A stretch of 52,840 nt of DNA from Candidatus Uhrbacteria bacterium (GTDB taxonomy: Bacteria > Patescibacteriota > Patescibacteriia > UBA9934): contig CALRAI010000003.1 of assembly GCA_943350635.1 (NCBI GenBank), positions 1-52,840 on the forward strand, read 5' to 3'. This document shows positions 1-7,932 of this stretch, one piece after another. The translations under genes and the position numbers were made by a program. Numbering within the stretch: the stretch's first letter is position 1; every line of letters starts with the position of its first letter. The notes below the pieces were generated by a model. It ran no database searches, was not told where the DNA came from, and was given only the letters and a program-made list of their open reading frames with translations.

Positions 1-1
1 C

Positions 2-514
2 TCGGATCCCGATGCGGACGGTGACGGCTTCGTCGCCAGCGCCGACTGCGACGATGGCGATGCGGCCATCAACCCCGACGCGACGGAAGTCTCGCTGGAC
101 GGCGTGGACAACGATTGTGACGGCGCTGCCAACAGCTCCGACACGGTCGAGGTCTGCGGTGCGCCGAGCACCGAGCTCGCAGGCTTTTCCTGGCAGCTCT
201 GGCTGCGTGACGCGACCGTCTACCCCGACGGAAACGATGACACGGGCTGGGACTTTCCGGGATACGCCCAGGGCGTCGGGACGCTCTGCGCCGACTTCAC
301 CCTCATCGACGGCAACACCATCGCACTGAACGGCCCCTTCGACATCGATGGGGACGGGACGTACGGCGAAGAAGCGGTCGATGGCGACGGCGTTTGGGCC
401 TACATGGACGTGGTGAACCTCTCGGGCGTCACCGGCGATGGCTACACCATCAGCCTCACGAACACCCCGTGGGGCGCCGGTAGCAACGGCGAGTCGGTCA
501 TCGACCTCCTCTAG
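2..514 (+). CDS. 5'-partial secreted protein with Cys/Asp-rich 'putative metal-binding motif' (MopE-like) repeat; paralog of the next gene
   Basis: Frame open from base 2 (SDPDADGDGFVASADCDDGDAAINPDATEV...DNDCDG). C-terminal domain shares QLWL...DDxxWxxPG...TxWGxG with 815-2653. Confidence 0.8.
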   Translation, partial: SDPDADGDGFVASADCDDGDAAINPDATEVSLDGVDNDCDGAANSSDTVEVCGAPSTELAGFSWQLWLRDATVYPDGNDDTGWDFPGYAQGVGTLCADFTLIDGNTIALNGPFDIDGDGTYGEEAVDGDGVWAYMDVVNLSGVTGDGYTISLTNTPWGAGSNGESVIDLL

Positions 515-535
515 GTCACGCAACAGTTCGGGTAC

Positions 536-604
536 GGCCTTCGGGCCACGCACGACACGGAGCTCCTCGATCGCCTCACGGTGGTCGGGGAGCTCTTCGC
601 GTTT
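536..604 (+). terminator. Tandem 3' hairpins: GGCC-TTCG-GGCC, then a long GC stem ending TTCGCGTTT
   Basis: ggccttcgggcc 536-547; ggagctcctcgatcgc/gtggtcggggagctct 559-596. Same layout at 2670-2739. Confidence 0.65.
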
Positions 605-638
605 GGAGTCAATTTAGTCACTTTATTTTAGAAAATCA

Positions 639-814
639 TTGACATTCGTTCCAAACTGTGACAGTATCCGCCCTCATTCTGGGTTGAGTTCTGCGCGAAT
701 CTTCGCGATATTTGCAGAACTCGGCCCGGAAGAGTTTGCTCCATGGGTACCGAACGATGCGTCCGCAAGGAACCATCGTGTTTTCCAACGTGCACATCAT
801 TAGGAGATGCACAC
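639..814 (+). promoter_or_regulatory. Putative sigma70 promoter and structured ~145-nt leader with SD
   Basis: TTGACA 639-644 (weak -10); 18-bp stem 677-694/714-731; AGGAG 802-806 before ATG 815. Confidence 0.5.
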
Positions 815-2653
815 ATGACCCGATACCTCGGAGCACTCATGCTCCTCACCCTGGCCGCTTGCGACCAGGATCCCTCCAACGACATCAACACCTTCGCGAC
901 CCGCGACGAAGCCGAAGCCTCGGCCAAGCGCGTGTCCGGTGCTGCGGATGCCGATGGTCTCCTCGAATGTACCGTGATCTGCTACGACGATGGCGACAGC
1001 GCCACCGACGATTGAGCGCAGGTCTACGGCAAGGACGGTGACGGCGACATGTTCGCCGGAACGCCCGTCAGCTCGAGCAACATCTACGAAGAAGACCCCT
1101 CGACCGGCGCGACCTACGTCTGCTCCTTCACCTGGCCCTCGGGCTTCGTGGAAATCAACGACGTGTCCGACATCGACGCGGACTGCGACGACGATGCTGC
1201 TGCGATCAACCCGGATGCCACCGAAGAGTGCGACGGAGTCGACAACGACTGCGACGGCACGATGGACGACGGTGTGACGCGGACGTGGTATCCCGACGCT
1301 GATGCCGACACCTTCGGTGACGACAGCAGCAGCGGTACGATGTCCTGCGACACCACCATGGATGGCTACGTCGAGAACAATACCGACTGCGACGACTCGG
1401 TCGTCACCATCAACCCCGGCGAGACCGAGGTGTGCAACGAGATCGACGACAACTGCGCCGACGGCATCGACGAAGGTGTGGAACTCACGTTCTACCTGGA
1501 CAGCGACACCGACGGCTACGGCGACGCGGCGATGACGGACATGGCGTGCTCGGCTCCTCCCATGTACGTCGCGAACGACGACGACTGCGATGACAGCGAC
1601 ATCTTCGACAATCCCGGTGGCACGGAAACGTGCAACGGTGACGACGAGGACTGTGATGGCATCGAAGACGACGGCCTTCTGTTCGTGGACTACTACACCG
1701 ATGGTGACCTGGATGGGTACGGCGCGGGTTCGGCTACCAGTGCGTGCAGCATGCCTTCCGGCATGGTTGTCGACAACACGGACTGCAACGACGCGAGCGG
1801 CACGGTTCACCCCGGCGCGACCGAGACGTGCAACTCCACGGACGACGACTGTGACGGTTCCACGGACGAGGGCGTGCAGACGACCTTCTACTTGGATAGC
1901 GACAGCGATGGGTACGGTGTGTCGTCGACGACCTCGATGGCATGCAGCACTCCGATCGGCTACGCTGATGTGAGCACTGACTGCAACGATGCGGCGGGCA
2001 GCATCAATCCGGGTGCTAGCGAGACGTGCAATAGCCTCGATGACGACTGCGACAGCTCCGTGGACGAGGGTCTCGCGACCACCGTCTCGTACCTGGACAG
2101 CGACAGCGACGGCTACGGCGATCTCGCCAACCCGCATAGCGCGTACTGCGCGGTGCCGAGTGGCTACGCAGCCAGCAGCACGGACTGCAACGATGCGGTC
2201 TTCGCGGTCAACCCCGGTGCCACCGATGTCGCCAACAACGGCCTCGATGACAACTGTGACGAAACCGCGTTGGACGAGATCTGCACGATTCCGACGTTCA
2301 GCAGCACGAGCGTGTACTACCAGCTCTGGCTCGACAACCTCGACACCAGCACGGACGACGCCAACTGGGCCTACCCCGGATCGGCGCGCGGTCGTGCAGA
2401 CGAGGAAGTCTGCGCACAGAATGTCACGATCACCGTCGATGAAGAGTGGAAGGTGAACGGCGTGTTCTCGACGTCCGCTACCAGCGGCACGTTCTACAGC
2501 ACGAGCGCGAGCTTTTACGCCTACGGCAACGGCGACACCTACGTGAACTTCGACTACATCACCGTCATGGGTGAGGAAGTCGAGGTCACGAAGACGTCCT
2601 GGGGCGGTGGTGCGGATGCGCTCTTCTATGTGATGGAAGAGCTCCCCAACTAG
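815..2653 (+). pseudogene. Lipoprotein with about 7 MopE-like Cys/Asp repeats, interrupted by one in-frame TGA (1013-1015)
   Basis: SD plus ATG 815, lipobox LAAC. ORFs 743-1015 and 1049-2653 are in the same frame. Repeats of form YxDxDxDGYG...DCxD...INPGAxExCNxxDDDCDG. Confidence 0.75.
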
Positions 2654-2669
2654 GTTCGGTTCGGTCACC

Positions 2670-2739
2670 GGCCTTCGGGCCAACGACTCACGGAGTCCCT
2701 CGGGGCGGCGAAAGCTGCACCGGGGGACTCTTCGCGTTT
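2670..2739 (+). terminator. Tandem 3' hairpins, second copy
   Basis: ggccttcgggcc 2670-2681, then cacggagtccctcgg...ccgggggactc followed by ttcgcgttt. Confidence 0.65.
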
Positions 2740-2791
2740 AGAAGTATTTCTGTTACTGTTTTTTGGCTCTTTTCTTCTTTCAGGAGTGTTC

Positions 2792-3199
2792 ATGGTTTCT
2801 TTCGATCTTGGTTCTGGGTATGGCTTCCAGACACGGATACTTTGGCTTGTCGTCGTCACTGTTCTTATCGCGGGTGTTTTCCTCCATGTTCAGAGTGTGA
2901 ATGACAGCATCGCGTCGCCACATCGGCGTCCGTCGTCTCAGCAAATGAAAACGTTTGCAGATTGTCAGAGTATTTCGTATGTGGATGCTCGAGGTACTGC
3001 GATTCGTGCCAAGCTTTACGGAAAGGATGCGGATGGAGACGGTATGGCGGCAAAACCGTCGGCGACGGGCGGACCGTTGATGGCGGTTGAATATATCTGC
3101 GGCTTTGCTACAGGTATTCCACGGGGATATGCAGAGATTGAGACCGAATTTGATATTGGAGCCGATGACGACGACACCGTGCGTGGTAAAAAGTGGTAA
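2792..3199 (+). CDS. Membrane-anchored hypothetical protein homologous to the N-terminal domain of 815-2653
   Basis: AGGAG before ATG 2792; one TM segment; AKLYGKDADGDG matches AQVYGKDGDGD. Confidence 0.7.
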   Translation: MVSFDLGSGYGFQTRILWLVVVTVLIAGVFLHVQSVNDSIASPHRRPSSQQMKTFADCQSISYVDARGTAIRAKLYGKDADGDGMAAKPSATGGPLMAVEYICGFATGIPRGYAEIETEFDIGADDDDTVRGKKW

Positions 3200-3253
3200 C
3201 GACCGTACGGAGTCCTCTGGTCTGGCTTATGCTGGATTGGGGGACTTTTGAGT

Positions 3254-3305
3254 TTGCCCATCTTTTCATCTTCTGTTACACTCCTCCCATTCCTGAAAGG
3301 AGGAA
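3254..3305 (+). promoter_or_regulatory. rpsU promoter and strong SD
   Basis: TTGCCC-17-TACACT with TG extension; GAAAGGAGG 3295-3303. Confidence 0.6.
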
Positions 3306-3312
3306 CAAAACT

Positions 3313-3564
3313 ATGTCTGATATTGAAGTCAAACGAAAAAAGGGTGAGAGCTTTGAAGCGGTGTTCCGCCGTTTTAGCCGTCGTCAGCAGCAAAGTGGAA
3401 AAGTGCTTGATGTGCGTGCTGGGCGCTATTTCGCTCGTACACCAAAGCCAAACAAGGTGAAGAAGAGTAAACTTCGCAGTTTGGAAAAGGGTGCAAAACG
3501 TGAATATCTTCTGAAAACCGGAAAAGTGAAGGAAGAGGATTTGCGCAAGCCAACCCGTCGATAA
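3313..3564 (+). CDS. rpsU: 30S ribosomal protein bS21
   Basis: IEVKRKKGESFEAVFRRF motif; basic 83-aa protein; near yqeY. Confidence 0.85.
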   Translation: MSDIEVKRKKGESFEAVFRRFSRRQQQSGKVLDVRAGRYFARTPKPNKVKKSKLRSLEKGAKREYLLKTGKVKEEDLRKPTRR

Positions 3565-3568
3565 GAAC

Positions 3569-3602
3569 AGAAGTCCCTTGGGAAGCCAGGGGATTTTTGT
3601 TT
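3569..3602 (+). terminator. Intrinsic terminator after rpsU
   Basis: agaagtcccttgg/ccaggggattttt stem followed by a T-rich tail. Confidence 0.6.
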
Positions 3603-3686
3603 GGAACGTCTTTCATTTTTTCCTATATTGCGAGTACCATGTTGGGGTTCTTGTTGGTTCGGTTCCCTTGTTCCTGGAGTGTGACT

Positions 3687-4253
3687 ATGTCTTTCATTTG
3701 GTCTGTTGTTTTTGGCATCGTCGTTCTGGTTGTGCTCGTTGTGGAGGTGTGGCGTTGGTACGTGCTCAAGGCGGATCGTGCCGACTTGGCGAGGAAGATC
3801 GCCGAGGCTGTGGCTGTGAACGCGCGGCTCGCAACTGTTCTGGCGCAGAACGAGTTGCTGCGTCAACAGGTTGCGCTGCAGAAGGATGAGTTGAGCAACT
3901 CGCACATACGGGAGGCACGGTATCGACTGCTGAGCATCGACCAGCTCAAGGGGCTCATTGCGCTTGCTCGTGTGCTTACGGGCAACATTGTTGCGGAACC
4001 AGTGTGCGACGTGGTGCTTCTTTCGTGTCTCACGATTCTGGAGCAGCACATCGCTTTGCGCCGCGAGTCCCACAACGACGTGCACACTGCGCTGGCGTGC
4101 TTTGAACGTGGGGATCCGGAGCAGCTCCGGAGCATGTTCCTTGGCCTGGCGGCGCGTCGCCCTACAGAGTTTGGCGCCATCACGGATCGGTTCCCGCGAC
4201 GGGTGGAAGACTTCTTCAAGCGCCTTACTGTTCCAGATCACGCAGAGACGTAG
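3687..4253 (+). CDS. Hypothetical protein, N-terminal TM plus coiled coil
   Basis: CCTGGAG SD before ATG 3687; hydrophobic N-terminus; 3' hairpin 4281-4333. Confidence 0.65.
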   Translation: MSFIWSVVFGIVVLVVLVVEVWRWYVLKADRADLARKIAEAVAVNARLATVLAQNELLRQQVALQKDELSNSHIREARYRLLSIDQLKGLIALARVLTGNIVAEPVCDVVLLSCLTILEQHIALRRESHNDVHTALACFERGDPEQLRSMFLGLAARRPTEFGAITDRFPRRVEDFFKRLTVPDHAET

Positions 4254-4377
4254 TCAACAATAACGACTTCCGGTGTTACGCATCACCATCGACGAAACGC
4301 CCCGACGTGGCGCGTTTGCGTCGGTGGTGTTTTGATTTCCTTTCAGTTTTTTCCTTTTTCCCGTATACTTTCTGTAT

Positions 4378-4824
4378 ATGACGCTCTACGAACAAATCCG
4401 GGAAGATATGAAAACGGCAATGAAAGCGAAGGATTCCACTACGCTCGACACAGTGCGTATGCTCATTTCGTCCATTAAGAACAAGGCGATTGATCTTGGG
4501 AAGGAAATGGAGGATGCGGATGTGATTGCTACCATTAAGAGTGATTTGAAGAAGCTGAAGGATGGTTTGGAATCCTTTGCTTCTGCGGCGCGAGATGATT
4601 TGGCAGAAAAGGCAAAGGCTGAGATTGCGATTTTGGAGAAATATTTGCCTGCGCAAATGACGGATGGGGAATTGGAAGGTAAGGTTCGCGCAAAGCTTGC
4701 GGAGCTGGGAATTACGGACATGGCGTCGGTAGGGAAGGCTATGGGGGCGCTTATGGCGGATTTGAAGGAGTTTGCTGATGGTTCACGAATTAAGGCAGCG
4801 GTTGATAGAATTCTGAAGGGATAG
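4378..4824 (+). CDS. yqeY: GatB/YqeY domain protein
   Basis: MTLYEQIREDMKTAMKAKD...EIAILEKYLPAQM...GKAMG. Confidence 0.9.
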   Translation: MTLYEQIREDMKTAMKAKDSTTLDTVRMLISSIKNKAIDLGKEMEDADVIATIKSDLKKLKDGLESFASAARDDLAEKAKAEIAILEKYLPAQMTDGELEGKVRAKLAELGITDMASVGKAMGALMADLKEFADGSRIKAAVDRILKG

Positions 4825-4845
4825 GTCGTTCCGTTGGTACGCTCG

Positions 4846-4980
4846 CTTCGTGGCGACTCGGGTAAAAATTTTTCTGCTGCGTTACACAACGCTACGCCAC
4901 GACGTCTCGCTTTCAGCTCGACTGCAGCTGTGCATTCACGAAGCCTCGCTGAAAAATTTTTACCACTCGTCCCCACTACG
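4846..4980. repeat. Palindromic REP/MITE-like intergenic element
   Basis: Perfect 14-bp inverted repeat ggtaaaaatttttc (4861-4874)/gaaaaatttttacc (4951-4964) plus outer imperfect arms. Confidence 0.55.
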
Positions 4981-4996
4981 TTCTCTCATTATATCC

Positions 4997-6091
4997 ATGG
5001 CTTCTCCCCAAAAAACTATTCTCGCTGATCTTATCCATTTCTCCGCCAGCAAACGCGAGGCGGAGGATAGAATGATGGAATTGGAAGAGCTGGTAAAAAC
5101 CTACGGTGGCGCCGTGGTGGTTCAGAGTATTCAGCGGAAGGAAAAGCCGGACGGACGAACGTTTATTGGGAAAGGGAAGGTGGAAGAGCTTTTGGTGGAG
5201 GCGAAAGCGTTGGGTGCCACGCTTCTCGTTGTGAACCATGTGCTCAAGCCAAGCCAGATTTTTCATTTGGAGGAAGAATTAAAAGAGGCGAAGGTGAAAG
5301 TGTGGGACAGAACCGATCTTATTTTGAATATTTTCGACAAGCACGCCAAAACGACGGAAGCAAAGCTCGAGATCGAGCTTGCAAAGATTCGCCACATGGG
5401 GCCGCGCATTTATAACATGGGGGAGCAGCTTGGACGGCAGCGCGGTGGTACGGGGACTCGTGGAGGAAGCGGGGAAGGCAACACGGAGGCGATGAAACGA
5501 CATTTGAAAGAACAAGAACGGGCGATTTTGAAGAAGTTAGAAACGTATCAAGGCGTTCGCGATAGGCAGCGTGAGCATCGCTCAAAAACCGGCCAGCGAA
5601 CGGTGGCGCTTGTTGGATATACAAATGCGGGAAAAACATCGTTGTTGAATGTGCTTACTAAACGTAAGGAGTATTCTGCGAATGTGTTGTTCGCCACGCT
5701 CGATACGCGTGTTGGCACGATGTATCTGCCAGCCCTTGAAAGTACAGCGTTGCTTTCGGACACTATTGGATTTATTCAGGGCTTACCGCCGGAACTTTTG
5801 GCGGCGTTTCGTTCAACGCTTTCTGAAGCTATTAGTGCCGATGTTATTCTGCACGTGATCGATGCTGCTGACGATAAACGAGATGAAAAGATATCGATTG
5901 TCGAAGATATTCTCAAAAAACTTGGTGTTACTACTACGCCGATCCTTCGTGTGTTCAATAAGGTTGATGCGCTTTCACCGAACGCTTTGCATCTTCCAGT
6001 TGATGCGATTGCGGTTTCTGCACATACGCTTGTAGGACTTGAACACCTTCGTGATGCCGTCGCGCACATCTTTTCCCCAGCAAAAAAATAA
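4997..6091 (+). CDS. hflX: GTPase HflX
   Basis: GYTNAGKT, LFATLD, DTIGFI, NKVD motifs; start placed at ATG 4997. Confidence 0.95.
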   Translation: MASPQKTILADLIHFSASKREAEDRMMELEELVKTYGGAVVVQSIQRKEKPDGRTFIGKGKVEELLVEAKALGATLLVVNHVLKPSQIFHLEEELKEAKVKVWDRTDLILNIFDKHAKTTEAKLEIELAKIRHMGPRIYNMGEQLGRQRGGTGTRGGSGEGNTEAMKRHLKEQERAILKKLETYQGVRDRQREHRSKTGQRTVALVGYTNAGKTSLLNVLTKRKEYSANVLFATLDTRVGTMYLPALESTALLSDTIGFIQGLPPELLAAFRSTLSEAISADVILHVIDAADDKRDEKISIVEDILKKLGVTTTPILRVFNKVDALSPNALHLPVDAIAVSAHTLVGLEHLRDAVAHIFSPAKK

Positions 6092-6123
6092 TGGTGTTCA
6101 TCAGGGTGCGGTATACTAGTGCC

Positions 6124-7923
6124 ATGAATTCTCGTTGGATGCTCACGGTGCTCAAACGCGGCGCAATGTTCGCTGCAGTCGGGCTTCTCATTGGTGCGCC
6201 GTTGTTTGTGTTTGCTGCAGATACCAATCTCGCCACCGTTGGATCGGAGTCTGGGCTGGGTACCGATAGTCTCATGACGATTATTGGCCGTGTTATTAGC
6301 GTGCTCCTGAGCATTCTTGGCGTAGTGTTCCTTATTCTCATGGTGTACGCCGGAACCATTTGGATGACTGCGGGTGGTGACGGGAAGAAGGTGGAGAAAG
6401 CAAAACAGATTCTCATCAACGCGGTTATTGGATTGTTGTTGACGCTTTCTGCGTATGCGATTTCAACGTTTATCATTAATATGCTTACCGATGCTACCGG
6501 CGGATCTGGTGACGGCAGCACTTCGGGTTCTGTATCTCCGGAGCATCTTTCCAATTCGCTTGGTTCGGGAGTGATTCGTGATCATTACCCAGCGCGAAGT
6601 GCGAGCGACGTTCCTCGAAATACCAAGATCTTCGTCACGTTCCGCGACGCAATGGATCCCTCCTCTTTTATTACGGGATACGATGTGAGCGGCACCCCGG
6701 ACGATGTTTCTGACGACGTTGTTGCAACGGCTATCGATAGCGCGAACGTCAAAATTTATGCGCGTGCCGATGGCGATGTTGCTGCGCTGACCGATGTTGC
6801 GGTTTCATTCACTGAGGATTTAACTACATTTGTCTTCGATCCAACGGCGTATCTTGGTTCCTCCACAGAGGACGTAACGTATGCGGTGTATTTGAGCGAC
6901 AAGATTCGGAATACTGATGCAGAGACACCAATTGATTCTGGTGGATATCTTTGGTACTTCACTACGGGCACTACCATCGACATTACGCCGCCAACGGTTT
7001 CTTACGTCATACCAACCGACGGTACGACGAAAGACAGAAATATTGTGGTTCAGGCGGTATTTAGTGAGGCGGTGGATCCTACATCTGCTACGGGAACGCG
7101 TTTGGCGGATAGTGGATTTCAAAATATCCAAATTGTCGGAACGTCCTCCACGGCTCCGGTTGCGGGAACGTATGTGATGAGTAATTCGTACAAAACGATC
7201 ACCTTCACCTCTACTGATGCGTGTGGCACGAATTCGTGTAACGAAACCATCTACTGTTTGCCTGGTGGAGAATTGATCACGTCAACCATTTATTCCGCAA
7301 CACCTACGAGTGCTACGGATCCTGCCGCATCCGTTTTTCCATACGATGGTGTAGTGGATATGTGTGGAAATTCCTTTGATGGTGATGCGGACGATGTTGT
7401 TGTAACGGACGACGATTATGTGTGGAGCTTTACCACAACGAACGACATTAACCTTGATGGTCCGGCAATTGAAAGTATTAGCCCAAATATTGAGGAAGAA
7501 GATGTGGATCTTGATCAGCAGGTTTCCATGACGTTTGATTCTATTTTGGATTCCTCTACTGCGAACTCTACGAATATTCAAACCGTGAATAAGGAAATGA
7601 CGAGTGGTGAGAGTCATGAGCTGTGGTACACGTTTGGTACAACAACACTCACATCGGATGGTGAAGAAGTAACGGTTGCTTCCCAGGTTCCTGCAAAAAC
7701 ACTTGTAACTATTTCTCACGGAACGTTCTTGGCTTCGGATCCAACAATTCCGTTGTCGTATATGTACAGTGTTACCGCAAACCAGGGAGTGAGAAATGAG
7801 TATCAGAACTGTTTTGTGCCGGGAGAGGGTCCAACGGCGACTGGCGGAACGTGTGGTACGTCCACGGCAAGTCCATATTGTTGTAATGGTACCGCGTCCA
7901 CTACGGCGTGTGTGCTCTTCTAA
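6124..7923 (+). CDS. VirB2/TrbC-like pilin domain fused to Ig-like (SbsA/Big_5-type) domains
   Basis: Signal peptide, then YAGTIWMTAGGDGKKVEKAKQILINAVIGL pilin motif and repeated P....V..N..I.V.F.E.D Ig-like units. Confidence 0.8.
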   Translation: MNSRWMLTVLKRGAMFAAVGLLIGAPLFVFAADTNLATVGSESGLGTDSLMTIIGRVISVLLSILGVVFLILMVYAGTIWMTAGGDGKKVEKAKQILINAVIGLLLTLSAYAISTFIINMLTDATGGSGDGSTSGSVSPEHLSNSLGSGVIRDHYPARSASDVPRNTKIFVTFRDAMDPSSFITGYDVSGTPDDVSDDVVATAIDSANVKIYARADGDVAALTDVAVSFTEDLTTFVFDPTAYLGSSTEDVTYAVYLSDKIRNTDAETPIDSGGYLWYFTTGTTIDITPPTVSYVIPTDGTTKDRNIVVQAVFSEAVDPTSATGTRLADSGFQNIQIVGTSSTAPVAGTYVMSNSYKTITFTSTDACGTNSCNETIYCLPGGELITSTIYSATPTSATDPAASVFPYDGVVDMCGNSFDGDADDVVVTDDDYVWSFTTTNDINLDGPAIESISPNIEEEDVDLDQQVSMTFDSILDSSTANSTNIQTVNKEMTSGESHELWYTFGTTTLTSDGEEVTVASQVPAKTLVTISHGTFLASDPTIPLSYMYSVTANQGVRNEYQNCFVPGEGPTATGGTCGTSTASPYCCNGTASTTACVLF

Positions 7924-7932
7924 TATTTCTTT

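Noticed and set aside
1013-1015. TGA recoded as Gly (code 25) or selenocysteine
   Set aside because: TGA ends ftsZ, ybeY and res at their expected C-termini, the 9.8 kb gene has no internal TGA, and no Sec-typical motif is evident.
1-2653. Diversity-generating retroelement acting on the paralogous C-termini
   Set aside because: No reverse transcriptase and no near-identical TR/VR pair differing at adenines is visible.
800-2683. 627-aa minus-strand ORF
   Set aside because: Antisense shadow of a GC-rich repeat gene; Val/Ala/Arg-rich with no motifs.
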